Assembly: GCF_036568245.1 (NCBI RefSeq) | Contig: NZ_DATCSY010000371.1 | Coordinates: 1-46,124 of the forward strand | DNA: 46,124 nucleotides | Origin: Rheinheimera sp. | GTDB taxonomy: Bacteria > Pseudomonadota > Gammaproteobacteria > Enterobacterales > Alteromonadaceae | Direction: 5' to 3' | In this document: positions 29,574-40,280 of the stretch, one piece after another | Numbering within the stretch: position 1 is the stretch's first letter | How the letters are laid out: each line of letters starts with the position of its first letter | Position numbers and translations under genes: made by a program | Notes under the pieces: model-generated | What the model saw: the letters and a program-made list of their open reading frames with translations, nothing else | The model's database searches: none | What the model was told of the DNA's origin: nothing

Positions 29574-32500
29574 ATGCAACTTACCAAAATTATGACCAGA
29601 ACCGCCCTTGCGGTAGCGGTCGCTGCGGGCGTAGCGCACGCCCAGCAAATGAATAACCCTTATGAAGTTCAGATAAACCCGGCATTATTAAAACAAGAAG
29701 CTGTTGATGCCGGAGTCGCCCCGTATATTGTGCAGGTAAAAGGTAAAACCGGCATCGAAAAAGCGCAGGAATTAGGCGAGCTAATGCCAGCGCGTCAGTC
29801 TGTTACCCGAGCGCTGAACCGCTATAACTCATCATCGTCAAGGCTGCAAACCTATACCAAAAGCCTGAAGGCGTTACATCAGAATCTGGCGGCGCAAAGC
29901 GGTGCTGATAAACTGATCTATTCTTACACCCACACCTTTAACGGCTTTTCAGCCAAGATGACAGCTGCTCAGGCAGAAGCGTTGCGTAATCACCCGAATG
30001 TTGCAGGTGTATGGCGTGACGAAGCGCAGCAGATGACGACGTCCAATACGCCAGCGTTTTTAGGCTTAACCAGCTCACCTGATGGCCTGCACACACTGGG
30101 TGTTAAAGGTGAAGATGTGGTTATCGGTGTTGTCGATAGCGGTATCTGGCCAGAGCATCCAAGCTTCGCTGATGATGGTTCTTACGCGCCGCTTTCGGGT
30201 TGGAACGGTACCTGTGATGTGGGTGAGGACCCGGAATTTAGCTGTAACAATAAACTGATTGGTGCGCGTTACTTTAAGAGCACTTTTGAAACTGTGTACG
30301 AAATTCAGCCGGGCGAATTTATTTCACCCCGTGACGCGGATAACCATGGTACTCACGTGGCATCAACCGCAGGCGGTAACGAAGGTGTTACCGCTGTGTT
30401 TAATGGCACACCGGTAGCAACGGTATCCGGTATTGCGCCGCGTGCGCGTATTGCTATGTATAAAGCCTGTTGGAACAGTGATTACGTAAGCCCTGAAGGG
30501 GTAAACGAGCGTGGTTGCTTCTACGGCGATACTATGGCGGCGATTGATCAGGCGGTTGCAGATGGCGTAGACGTCATTAACTATTCTATCGGTGGTGACA
30601 GAGTTAATCTCACCACTGTATCTGCTGCCGCTAAATTACGCGCTGCTCAGGCAGGCGTATTTGTTTCCGTATCTGCCGGTAATGATGGCCCGACAGCCAG
30701 TACTATAGGTACGCCAGCACCTTGGGTAACTACTGTAGCAGCTTCAACTTATGATGGTTTGAGTATTGCCAATGGTATCGAAGTGACCGCAGGTCCGCTG
30801 CAGGGCACTTACATTGCAGTAGAGGGTGTAACGTCAACTCCTCTTAACCAGGTCGGTGATATCAGTGCTGATGTTGTTGTTGCAGAGCCACTGTTGGCCT
30901 GTACTGAACTAACAAATGCTGCTGAAATTGAAGGCAAATTTGCGCTTATTCAACGCGGTACCTGTAGTTTTGACATCAAAATTGCAGCAGCAGAAGCAGC
31001 AGGCGCGGCTGGCGTGATTGTGTATAACAACTCTGCCGTTGCGCCTATTCCTATGGGCGGTACCGGTAGCTTTGGTATTCCGGCAGTGATGACAACTTTG
31101 GCAGCAGGCAGTGCCTTTAATGCTGAAATCACTGGCGGCGGTGTGGTCAACGTCAAAATGAGCCCGTCGGTATTTGTTGATGACGTGGTTGAAGTGGGTA
31201 ATGTTATGGCCAGCTTCTCGTCACGTGGCCCTAACCTGTCAACGTTCGACGTGATTAAACCAGACATTACAGCGCCTGGTGTGAAAATTCTGGCGGGTGC
31301 TTCATCTCAGCCTATGTTAGCTCCGCCAGGTAACAGCTTTACCTACCTGCAGGGCACGTCAATGTCCAGCCCGCATATTGCTGGTATGGCGGCATTGGTG
31401 AAAGAGGTACATCCAGACTGGTCAGCCGCTATGGTGAAATCAGCACTGATGACTACGGCGCGGCAGAATCTCACCAAAGAAAACGGTGTAACTCCTGCAG
31501 ATCCGTTTGACTTTGGTGCTGGTCACGCAGTGCCTAACAAGGCTACCCAACCAGGCTTGACCTATGATATTGCCAACAATGATTACTTTGCCTTCCTGTG
31601 TGGTATCGGCAACAGTAGCTTTGTAGCTAATACTACAGGTGTTACCTGTGCCCAGTTCGAAGCTGCGGGCTATGATACTGACCCAAGTCAGCTAAACCTG
31701 CCATCTATGGCCATCGCTGAGTTAACCGGTGCCGAAACGCTGACCCGTGTGGTAACCGATGTTAGTGGCTCAGGCTCGGTATATACCGCAACTGTTGAAG
31801 CGCCTGCCGGTGTTGATGTTGAAGTTATTACCAACGACGGGGCTAACCAGATGACGGTGGCTGCTAATGCGTCAGTGGCTTATGGTGTGAAATTTACACC
31901 TAATGCCAGTGCAACTATTGGTCAGTGGGTATTTGGCGCTATTACCTGGTCTAACGGTGTGCATAGTGTACGCAGCCCTATTGCTGTTAAAGTCGAATCA
32001 CCACAGCTTATCGTCGCGCCTGAAGTGATCAGTGGCGCGGTTAAAGCGAAATCTGGACGTTTAAGCTTCCAGGTTGATATGCGCTATAGCGGCACTACCA
32101 GTGCTTCTGTGGTAGGTGTCAGTGCACCGTTTGGTTCAACCCGCACTGTGACTCAAGACCCGGATCGGACCTTTAGCTTTAATGAAGCTGGTTTGGGCTT
32201 CCATGCCTTCCTGGTACCTGAGGGGACCCGCGTAGCTCGCTTCAGCTTGAATGAAGCTTTGGCTTCTGTACCGGGTGCAGATCTAGATCTATATGTTTAT
32301 CGCTGTATTGGTTATGCCTGTGATCCAGTTGGATCTTCTGCAGCTTCAGGTGGTAATGAGGTAGTGACGCTACGCGACCCTGCTCCGGCAGCAAATGACG
32401 CAGCGGGTGATTTCTATCTGGTGTTTGTACATGCGTATGACTTGCTGGGTGCAACAGAGGCTGAATACACTATGCCGCTATGGATTGTGGATAGCCAGGA

Positions 32501-32678
32501 AAGCACTACCCGCCTTGTTTCCAGCCCACGCGCTATTATGGGCCGGTCAAACATTGTTACTGTCATGACGTCTAACCTGACGGCCAGCCCGTTGCCATAT
32601 TTAGGTGTGGTTGCATTCGAAGATGCTGACAGCATTGAGCATTCATCGACGCTGATTGAAGTGATTGCCAATCCGTAA
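29574..32678 (+). CDS. Secreted S8 subtilase, plant cucumisin-like (I9 prodomain, PA insert, Fn3-like and C-terminal domains)
   Basis: VVDSGIWPEHPSF, CNNKLIGARYF, HGTHVASTAGG and GTSMSSPH. Confidence 0.93.
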   Translation: MQLTKIMTRTALAVAVAAGVAHAQQMNNPYEVQINPALLKQEAVDAGVAPYIVQVKGKTGIEKAQELGELMPARQSVTRALNRYNSSSSRLQTYTKSLKALHQNLAAQSGADKLIYSYTHTFNGFSAKMTAAQAEALRNHPNVAGVWRDEAQQMTTSNTPAFLGLTSSPDGLHTLGVKGEDVVIGVVDSGIWPEHPSFADDGSYAPLSGWNGTCDVGEDPEFSCNNKLIGARYFKSTFETVYEIQPGEFISPRDADNHGTHVASTAGGNEGVTAVFNGTPVATVSGIAPRARIAMYKACWNSDYVSPEGVNERGCFYGDTMAAIDQAVADGVDVINYSIGGDRVNLTTVSAAAKLRAAQAGVFVSVSAGNDGPTASTIGTPAPWVTTVAASTYDGLSIANGIEVTAGPLQGTYIAVEGVTSTPLNQVGDISADVVVAEPLLACTELTNAAEIEGKFALIQRGTCSFDIKIAAAEAAGAAGVIVYNNSAVAPIPMGGTGSFGIPAVMTTLAAGSAFNAEITGGGVVNVKMSPSVFVDDVVEVGNVMASFSSRGPNLSTFDVIKPDITAPGVKILAGASSQPMLAPPGNSFTYLQGTSMSSPHIAGMAALVKEVHPDWSAAMVKSALMTTARQNLTKENGVTPADPFDFGAGHAVPNKATQPGLTYDIANNDYFAFLCGIGNSSFVANTTGVTCAQFEAAGYDTDPSQLNLPSMAIAELTGAETLTRVVTDVSGSGSVYTATVEAPAGVDVEVITNDGANQMTVAANASVAYGVKFTPNASATIGQWVFGAITWSNGVHSVRSPIAVKVESPQLIVAPEVISGAVKAKSGRLSFQVDMRYSGTTSASVVGVSAPFGSTRTVTQDPDRTFSFNEAGLGFHAFLVPEGTRVARFSLNEALASVPGADLDLYVYRCIGYACDPVGSSAASGGNEVVTLRDPAPAANDAAGDFYLVFVHAYDLLGATEAEYTMPLWIVDSQESTTRLVSSPRAIMGRSNIVTVMTSNLTASPLPYLGVVAFEDADSIEHSSTLIEVIANP

Positions 32679-32723
32679 TTGATGTGATGAATGAAACTGT
32701 GTATTGGTGCACAGTTTCAACAC

Positions 32724-32754
32724 AAAAAATCCGGTGATTAATCACCGGATTTTT
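32724..32754. terminator. Bidirectional terminator between the two proteases
   Basis: aaaaaatccggtgat-ta-atcaccggattttt. A second hairpin lies at 32692-32719. Confidence 0.85.
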
Positions 32755-32771
32755 CATTGCCTGTTATCAGC

Positions 32772-35078
32772 TTAAGGTTGATAAGTCGCTGTTAGCGTTA
32801 AGCCACTTACTGCACTGTAACCATAAACTGAGATGTACCAGGTTGCAGCCTGAGGGGTGGTAAAGCTGCAGCTCTCAGTATTGCCAGTGTTATAGGGCCG
32901 GCAATCGTAGCTGGTTGTGGTTGGCTGGCTGCCGCGTTTTACATACAAGTCTGCGTCACCGCTGCCGCCAGACGTATCAATAGTCAGGCTGCTCATGCCT
33001 GCCGGCACCGTTACGGTGTAGTGTTTCCAGCTGCGGCGTGCAATGCTGATGTTTGATTCCGTCATAGTTGCACCCTGGTTAGTGCCACCACCGCTTGCTG
33101 CAGTGTAATCAGCCAGTAGCGACACACCGGAATAGGCACTGTAACCGTTTAGCATAATGTAGTATGTGCCAGGCTGAGGCGCTGTGAAGCTGCAGCTTTC
33201 ATTGTTGCCGGTTTTATAAGGACGGCAATCGTAGACCGAGCTGGTTGGCTGGCTGCCAGATTTAACATACATATCGGCATCACCGCTTCCGCCGGACATA
33301 GTGACAGTCAGGTTAGTAGCACCAGAGGGCACCGCAAAGGTATAAAGTGTGCTGCTGCCCGTGGCACCACTGATGCCGGTGGTAGCAATACCTTTAACCA
33401 ACTCATTACCTGCAGGTGGTGGTGGCTCACTGCCATTACCGTCACAACCATTCTGGGCAATATAATCGTATGCCGCTTTAGTGCGAACCAGACCATAGCC
33501 ATATGAATTATCGCGCCCTACTGTGCCTAAGTCTTCTGCTGTTGTGGCCAGCACGTTTCTGATCTGGGCGTTAGTACACTGTGGATAATGGCTCCACAAC
33601 AAGGCAGCTACACCGGCTACGTGCGGAGAGGCCATCGAAGTGCCGCTCATCAGACCGTAGTTACTGGCGCCCGAGTTCAGGCTGGCAGTTTGGTTGAGTT
33701 TCGTCATCAATGCCTGACCCACTGCCTGAGTCACAGCCAAAGCCGGAATAGTGGTACCAGGGTTATCTCCCAGTGTGCCACCGAAATCACCTGCCACGTT
33801 ATTATAAATAATCGCTGCCAGGCCACCACCCGCTTCACAAGACTGAACTTTCTGCACAAAACTGACATTACCGCGCTCGATCAGACAAATCTTGTTGCTG
33901 ACGCCTGAGCAGGTGCTTTCTGCTAAACCACAGCTGGCAAGGGGGGCATTTGCGCTGCCATCTGAAGAGTTAGTCATAGGGCTGCTGTCGTAGCTGGTAC
34001 TGCCTACGCTTAACGTGGCCTCAAGACCGGTCCCTTCCGGATATGTCGAGCGTATGTCGACACCCGGTCCGGACAGTTCTACCTGGCTGTTACGCTGCGA
34101 GAAATCTGCCAGCTGCTTATTTTTGTCTATTGCGGCAACAGATATAACAGAGTTATAAGACGCCGGATAGGACAGCGCTGTATTACCGTCGTTACCTGCT
34201 GCGGCAATCAACAATACGCCGGCATCAAAGGCTGCCTGCATAGCGTTTGATTCTGTTGTACTGGAGCCTTCTCCACCCAGGCTCATGTTTATTACCGTAG
34301 CACCGTTACTGACACAGGTATTTACTGCGTTAGATAAGGTAGAACTGTAGCCCCAGCCATCGTCGTTAAATACTTTGATGATATGCAGTTTCACGTTGGC
34401 GTTAGGCATAACACCGAGCATGCCGGTCGCATTGTTTAGCGCCGCTATAGTGCCGGCTACATGAGTGCCGTGCGGGCCACCGTTGTCAGACCAGTTACCA
34501 GTGCCGGAGTTATTGGTGCCGGTGATGTTAGCGCTCAGAAAATCTTCATGCGGTAAGTCCAGACCTGAATCGATGACACATACTTTTTGATTGGATGCAA
34601 AATCGTCACTGACCTGATTCGCTTGTACCATGGTATAGCCGTAAGGTATCTGCTGGGCCATCGGGTAGCGTTTATAATCCTCTTCAATCAATTCAATGGT
34701 ACTGTCTTGAGCCAGAGCAGCAAGTTCCGCAGCGGATAACTCAACAGCCAGTGCCGATTGTGCAGCCAGCACTTCTTTAACACGGTTACCACGTTGCTCA
34801 AACTTGGCTTTGTAGTGCTGCAGATTGTTTAACCTGCGTTGTGTGTCGCTGGCATTGAATGTTCCCGGGCTGGCAAGCTCAAGTTGTTGTTGCTTATATT
34901 TCACTATGTAACGCTTTGTCCCGTCACTTGCTGTTTGCTGGTTTTTCGCCGCCGCTATGACCGGGCTGGCGTAACGGCTGGCCTGATCCGCCGCTTGCGT
35001 AGTTGCAGCAGCAGTCAGCAAGGTGGCTGGCAGGCAAAGTAAAGCCAGCTTATTAAGGGTGAACTGAGGTTTTTTCAT
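32772..35078 (-). CDS. Secreted S8 alkaline serine protease with PA domain and two PPC domains
   Basis: IDSG, HGTHVAGTI and GTSMASPH; two SGGSGDAD(M/L)YVK..YDCRPY repeats. Confidence 0.93.
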   Translation of the reverse strand: MKKPQFTLNKLALLCLPATLLTAAATTQAADQASRYASPVIAAAKNQQTASDGTKRYIVKYKQQQLELASPGTFNASDTQRRLNNLQHYKAKFEQRGNRVKEVLAAQSALAVELSAAELAALAQDSTIELIEEDYKRYPMAQQIPYGYTMVQANQVSDDFASNQKVCVIDSGLDLPHEDFLSANITGTNNSGTGNWSDNGGPHGTHVAGTIAALNNATGMLGVMPNANVKLHIIKVFNDDGWGYSSTLSNAVNTCVSNGATVINMSLGGEGSSTTESNAMQAAFDAGVLLIAAAGNDGNTALSYPASYNSVISVAAIDKNKQLADFSQRNSQVELSGPGVDIRSTYPEGTGLEATLSVGSTSYDSSPMTNSSDGSANAPLASCGLAESTCSGVSNKICLIERGNVSFVQKVQSCEAGGGLAAIIYNNVAGDFGGTLGDNPGTTIPALAVTQAVGQALMTKLNQTASLNSGASNYGLMSGTSMASPHVAGVAALLWSHYPQCTNAQIRNVLATTAEDLGTVGRDNSYGYGLVRTKAAYDYIAQNGCDGNGSEPPPPAGNELVKGIATTGISGATGSSTLYTFAVPSGATNLTVTMSGGSGDADMYVKSGSQPTSSVYDCRPYKTGNNESCSFTAPQPGTYYIMLNGYSAYSGVSLLADYTAASGGGTNQGATMTESNISIARRSWKHYTVTVPAGMSSLTIDTSGGSGDADLYVKRGSQPTTTSYDCRPYNTGNTESCSFTTPQAATWYISVYGYSAVSGLTLTATYQP
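32775..33400 (-). repeat. Tandem duplicated PPC domains (approximate bounds)
   Basis: Two homologous units with shared DNA words such as ggcaatcgtag and ggttggctggctgcc. Confidence 0.75.
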
Positions 35079-35447
35079 CTGTTTCTCGAATTATTTATTG
35101 TTGTATGTTTCCTGGATGATGACGGCCTGCTGCAACCTTGCAGCAACATCTTTCACCCTTTTAACTAAATTGTAATTTTATGTAAATCTGCTAAATGGTG
35201 ACATTTGTTACAGCTTTCGCGCCGGCACACGCCTTGTCTGGAAAAAAGGTCTTTTTGCAAGTCACCTGCTTGGGAACGCTACAGCGTGGATGGGCGTCAG
35301 CACCCGGTCACGCTGGCAGTACCTGTTTTCCCATATGTCGATTCTGCATAACTTATAATGCTTTTTGCTAAGCAGTCGTCGATTGCATCCATCGGCAGAG
35401 TCGCCGACAATAGCGGCTCTTTGATTAAGAGCGGGTAGAGCAGCCTG

Positions 35448-36629
35448 ATGCAGCAGTGGGATGTAATTGTAATTGGTGCCGGAGCCGCCGGACTGATGTG
35501 CGCAATAGAGGCGGGAAAGCGTGGTCGTAGCGTATTAGTATTGGACAATGGCAAGCGGGTAGGGCGCAAAATTCTGATGTCTGGCGGTGGCCGTTGCAAT
35601 TTCACCAACATGTACGCTGGGCCAGAGAATTTTCTGTCGCAAAACAGGCACTTCTGTAAGTCTGCTTTAAGCCGTTATACGCAATGGGATTTTATTGCAT
35701 TGGTGCAAAAGCACAGTATTGCGTATCACGAGAAAACACTGGGGCAGCTGTTTTGTGATGATTCTGCGAAAGATATCGTCGATATGCTGTTAAAAGAGGC
35801 GAAAACCGCTAATGTGCAAATTGCGCTGCAGCAGAACATTACCGCTGTCAGTTTTGCTGAGGGCCAGTATACGGTTACTACGCCAGAGCTGAGCCGGCAG
35901 TGCCAAAGCTTAGTGATTGCCAGTGGCGGCCTGAGTTTACCTAATTTAGGCGCCACCGCCTTTGGTTTTCAGTTGGCCGAACAGTTTGGTTTAAAAGTAC
36001 TGCCACTGCGAGCGGCCTTAGTGCCATTAACCTGGCAGCCGGCCGACAAGGCGGTGTTTGAAGAAATAAGCGGTGTGTCTTTGCCGGTAACGGCTGAAGC
36101 TAATGGCACTGTATTTCCGGAAGACATGTTGTTTACCCACCGCGGTTTAAGCGGGCCAGCCATTTTGCAAATATCCAGTTATTGGCAGCCGGGGGACGAC
36201 GTCACAGTGAATATGTCACCGCAAACTGACATCACTGAATTCTTAGCCGCTCAGCAGCAAGCTCACCCTGAACAAGAAGTAAAAACCGCGTTGGGCAAGT
36301 TGCTGCCAAAACGGCTGGTAGAAAAACTGCTGGAGCTAAATGTATTCAAGAATCAGCCGCTGAAAGCGTTAACCCCAAGAAGCATTGCACAGCTTGCTGA
36401 CAGCCTGCATGGCTATGTGTTTAAGCCGAACGGCACCGAGGGCTACCGCACCGCAGAAGTCACCATCGGCGGTGTCGATACCGATTACTTGTCATCAAAA
36501 ACCATGGAAGCAAAAAGCCAGCCAGGCCTGTATTTTATCGGCGAAGTGGTAGACGTCACCGGCTGGTTAGGGGGCTACAACTTTCAGTGGGCTTGGGCCA
36601 GCGGCTGGGTAGCCGGACAGTATTGTTAG
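35448..36629 (+). CDS. HI0933/YhiN (BaiN)-family flavoprotein
   Basis: GAGAAG, GRKILMSGGGRCNFTN, LFTHRGLSGP and GGYNFQWAW. Confidence 0.93.
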   Translation: MQQWDVIVIGAGAAGLMCAIEAGKRGRSVLVLDNGKRVGRKILMSGGGRCNFTNMYAGPENFLSQNRHFCKSALSRYTQWDFIALVQKHSIAYHEKTLGQLFCDDSAKDIVDMLLKEAKTANVQIALQQNITAVSFAEGQYTVTTPELSRQCQSLVIASGGLSLPNLGATAFGFQLAEQFGLKVLPLRAALVPLTWQPADKAVFEEISGVSLPVTAEANGTVFPEDMLFTHRGLSGPAILQISSYWQPGDDVTVNMSPQTDITEFLAAQQQAHPEQEVKTALGKLLPKRLVEKLLELNVFKNQPLKALTPRSIAQLADSLHGYVFKPNGTEGYRTAEVTIGGVDTDYLSSKTMEAKSQPGLYFIGEVVDVTGWLGGYNFQWAWASGWVAGQYC

Positions 36630-36641
36630 TGTGGGATTGCA

Positions 36642-36950
36642 ATGAAAAAACTTTCTAAAGTTCAGTTAAAACAGCAGGCGGCTGTACTGGAGGCGGTAAC
36701 GGCACTGGAGCAGCAAGCTCTGGCGGGTTTGCCCGGCACCGCGCAGTGCTGGTTTAGTATGGAGTATGAGGCTTTTCCCGGCTCGCTGCTGGTGCGGCTG
36801 CAGTTTAGCGGCCAGCCTTATCTGGATCAGGCGCAAACTCAGCTGCTGCTGTGGCAAAAAAAGCTCAGTGCTTTGCTGCTGAAACAAGGCATAGTGCTTA
36901 AGGATATGCGCCGGCATTTGGTGTTTACGTTAAGTGGCCCGGACGACTAA
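36642..36950 (+). CDS. Hypothetical protein
   Basis: ATG ORF packed between co-directional genes, with plausible composition. Confidence 0.65.
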   Translation: MKKLSKVQLKQQAAVLEAVTALEQQALAGLPGTAQCWFSMEYEAFPGSLLVRLQFSGQPYLDQAQTQLLLWQKKLSALLLKQGIVLKDMRRHLVFTLSGPDD

Positions 36951-36990
36951 CTACGCTGGTCACAGATTCTGTCACAGGATAAAAGTAACA

Positions 36991-37956
36991 ATGAAATATT
37001 ATGTTGGCGCTTATGCCGCTTCGCCCAATCAAACCGGCTGGGATCAGCAACTGGAAACCGCTTATTACAATGAACTGAAACAGCTCAGCAACATTAAAGG
37101 GCTGGAGCATCCGTTTCTGGGCAAGTTGCATATACATGACGACAACTGGTTTTTAGCCAATATCGCACCGCAGTGGGATTATGTGTTTACTTGCATTCCC
37201 GGCATTATGAATGCGCTTGGGCAAAATCCGCAGTTTGGCCTGGCATCGACAGATGAAACTGGGCGCCAGGCTGCGTTGAGTTTTATGCAGCAAGCATGTG
37301 AAGCGATTGCCAGGTTAACCCATCATCTTGGTCGTCAGGCCGTTACCGCTATTCAAATTCAAACTGCACCGGCGCGCAACAAAGCTGACTCTTCGGTACA
37401 GGCGCTGGAGCAATCATTGCACACTATGCTGCAGTGGGATTGGCAGGGCGCCAAGATCGTGATTGAACATTGCGACGCACTGATGCCTGGGCATGAACCG
37501 TCAAAAGGCTTTTTAGCGCTGCAGGATGAGCTGGCACTGCTAATGCGATTGAATGAACAGGCCGCCCCGCAGCAAAAGCTGGGCATGGTGATTAACTGGG
37601 GCCGCTCGGTATTTGAAAGCCGGCAAGTAGACGGTGCCAGGCAGCATATTCTGGCCGCTCAGGACGCTGGTTTACTAAGTGGCGTGATGTTTTCTGGTGT
37701 GTCTGATAAGGACAGTGAGTACGGCGCCTGGCGCGACAGTCACCAGCCCCCGCAAAGCAGTGAACAGGTAAAGCATGGCGAGCCTGGCAGCTGGATGAGT
37801 GAGCAGGCGATACACCAATGCCTCGCAGCCATCGATAATCTGAAGCAGCTACCGGTACTGGGGGCGAAAATTGGTATCCGGCCGCACCAGGCACCGGTTG
37901 AGCTACGTGTTGCTTATATCCGCGATATGCTCGCTATTTTAGACAGGTTTTTTTAA
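36991..37956 (+). CDS. DUF4862-family protein (probable TIM-barrel)
   Basis: YYVGAYAASP, GLEHPF, IEHCDA..KGFL, INWGRS..E and W.DSH motifs. ATG 36991 follows AGGA. Confidence 0.75.
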   Translation: MKYYVGAYAASPNQTGWDQQLETAYYNELKQLSNIKGLEHPFLGKLHIHDDNWFLANIAPQWDYVFTCIPGIMNALGQNPQFGLASTDETGRQAALSFMQQACEAIARLTHHLGRQAVTAIQIQTAPARNKADSSVQALEQSLHTMLQWDWQGAKIVIEHCDALMPGHEPSKGFLALQDELALLMRLNEQAAPQQKLGMVINWGRSVFESRQVDGARQHILAAQDAGLLSGVMFSGVSDKDSEYGAWRDSHQPPQSSEQVKHGEPGSWMSEQAIHQCLAAIDNLKQLPVLGAKIGIRPHQAPVELRVAYIRDMLAILDRFF

Positions 37957-38038
37957 CTCAGCGCTATATGCAAAATGCTGGCGCGGCGTTATGCAGCACT
38001 GAAGTGCTGCAGTCTGTGCCGCGCGGGAGTGTGCCAGT

Positions 38039-38752
38039 TTACTTAAAGGGCGCAAAGCCGCCGTCAGTATCGATGCGGGATACGTCCACATACATTCTGC
38101 CGCGTAGCGCAGTGTGCACGGGGACAGGGGATTGCAGGCCTGTGATATTAAAGCGGTATAATACAGACTCATCCGCAAGACCGGTTAAAAAATGGATATT
38201 GTCTTTTTCATCATGGTTGGTGGTATAGCCACCTGCACCCAGGTCTTTGTCGACTGTTTTATGGCAAATCACGCCATCTTGCTGGTATTCCGACACATCA
38301 TAGTGGCGAATATTCACCAGGCCTTTGAGTACTAAAAAGCCTGACAGTACGCCTCTGTGGGCATGTGCCGGAATGCTATCACCTTTTTTCAGCAACAAAA
38401 TATCAATTCTGATGCGGGCATGGCGCAGCAGGTACAACCTTCTGTTCCACAATGAAAACGGCCTGAACCATAGCGACGGCGAGCGGGTCGGCATATCGAG
38501 AATATCTGTCTTATAACCGTCTTTCTTCAGTAGCGGGTACACCGCATCAAACTGAATCTCTTGCAGTAAACGGGGGATTTCAATGTTTTGATAATACCGG
38601 TTCAGCTCTTTGTCTAACTGATAGGCATCTGATTTGCCGAGGTATAACTTTGCTGCTTGTCCCAGCAGCACGTCTGTTGCGTTTGCACTGCGGCAAAGTG
38701 CAGGTTGCATCAGCCGTATCAGAAATGATTTAACAAATCCTGTTGTTAACAT
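38039..38752 (-). CDS. Cupin protein resembling thiol dioxygenases (CDO/ADO/PCO)
   Basis: IPAHAH...LVLKG.VNIRHYD...DNIHF three-His pattern. Confidence 0.6.
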   Translation of the reverse strand: MLTTGFVKSFLIRLMQPALCRSANATDVLLGQAAKLYLGKSDAYQLDKELNRYYQNIEIPRLLQEIQFDAVYPLLKKDGYKTDILDMPTRSPSLWFRPFSLWNRRLYLLRHARIRIDILLLKKGDSIPAHAHRGVLSGFLVLKGLVNIRHYDVSEYQQDGVICHKTVDKDLGAGGYTTNHDEKDNIHFLTGLADESVLYRFNITGLQSPVPVHTALRGRMYVDVSRIDTDGGFAPFK

Positions 38753-38920
38753 GTTGCGCTTGATCTTGACTTGCTCAGGCCCTAAAAACTGACACAGCTT
38801 ATCCGGTACGTCAAATTTCTAAGCGTTGTTTTTGCTAAATATCCGGGAGTTTCTTTCAGAACAGCGTGCAATGAGGCTTTTTCTGGCAGTTTGACCGGGT
38901 TGAAGCAGGTTGCGTGGCGT

Positions 38921-38970
38921 CTTTATAAAATCTTTATACTGATAGCCTAAATCTTTAGAAAAGCTTTACA
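38921..38970 (+). promoter_or_regulatory. Four phased CTTTANA repeats, candidate KdpE boxes
   Basis: ctttata(38921), ctttata(38932), ctttaga(38953) and ctttaca(38964); spacing 11/21/11. Confidence 0.65.
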
Positions 38971-39028
38971 ACACAACATCTGTGATAGCGGTAGGCTTGG
39001 CGGCATCTGAAACAGGGGTTGTGTTGTA

Positions 39029-40280
39029 ATGTCTGATTACTCCTTTGTGCTCAATGTTAGCGCTATCAATAATAAACGCTTTTTCTACCGGGTGATTGGT
39101 TATCTGCTGGCCTGCCTGGCGGTCGCCCAATTTACCACTATGGCAATCAGTTTTATGTTGCACGACAAAGCATTCTGGAGCTTTTTGTTGTCTGCGCTGG
39201 TTACCGCTGGTGCGGGTGCCGCACTGCTTGTGCGTTCAGGCGGTGCGACAGAGCTGAAAAAGCGTTATTTGTTTTTGCTGACCACACTTTGCTGGTTATC
39301 GGTATGCGCTTTTGCTGCACTGCCGTTGTACCTGAGTTTACCGCAATTGAGTATGACTGATGCCTGGTTTGAAGCGGTGTCCGCTATTACAACGACAGGC
39401 TCTACCGTGCTTAGCGGACTGGATACTATGCCCAAAGCTGTGCTGCTTTGGCGCGCTATTTTACAATGGATTGGTGGAATTGGCATTATTGTGATGGCGA
39501 TAGCAATATTACCGGCATTGAAAATTGGCGGCATGAAGCTGTTTAAAACGGAAAGCTCGGATATTTCTGAGAAGATTCTGCCACGCAGCAGCCATTTATC
39601 CGGTTCTATTTTGCTGGTCTATCTGGCCATCAGTGCTGGTGCAGCGCTTAGTTACTATGTCGGTGGCATGTCATGGTTTGATGCGCTGACACATGCCATG
39701 ACATCTGCTGCTACCGGCGGTTTTGCAAACTATGACGCCTCGTTTGGCTATTTCAATGATAAGCCCTGATTGCTGTGGTTAAGCAGTGTGTGGATGGCAC
39801 TGGCTGCTTTGCCGTTTGTGCTGTTTGTTGGTATGGCGCGGGGGGATCGATGGGCACTGTTGCGCGATCCGCAGGTTAAAGCCTTTATTGCTATTGTACT
39901 GGTGGCCGCCATACTGCTGGCGCTGTACCAGATAGCGCACAATGACCGGGACTGGTTTGCAGCATTGACCCACAGTGTGTTTAATGTGGTGTCTGTTATT
40001 ACCACCTGTGGGTACGCCTCTGAGGACTATACAAAGTGGGGAGCGATGGCGGTGGTATTGTTTTTTTACCTGACATTCAGCGGTGGTTGTTCCGGTTCAA
40101 CTTCGGGTGGGCTGAAAATTTTCCGAACCCAGCTGGCTGGGTATTTACTACTGAAGCAGCTGAATTTACTGATCCACCCTAATGCAGTATGGACACGTAA
40201 ATACGGCAGCAAAAAGCTCGACGATAGTTTGCTGGGGGCGGTATTAGCGTTTGCCTTTGTCTATTTTGCCACTGTTGCTG
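39029..40280 (+). pseudogene. trkH: TrkH-type K+ uptake protein, interrupted and truncated
   Basis: FEAVSAITTTGST, QWIGGIG, ATGGF and GGCSGSTSGGLK motifs. In-frame TGA at 39767-39769; TrkH-like sequence stops near 40280 before the last pore loop. Confidence 0.8.

Noticed and set aside
38982-39029. 15-codon ORF overlapping the trkH start (TAATG) as a KdpF-like peptide
   Set aside because: No RBS, too short, and no resemblance to KdpF.
39767-39769. TGA in trkH as selenocysteine or programmed readthrough
   Set aside because: No catalytic Cys context or evident SECIS hairpin, and the gene is also truncated downstream. A nonsense mutation or sequencing error is simpler.
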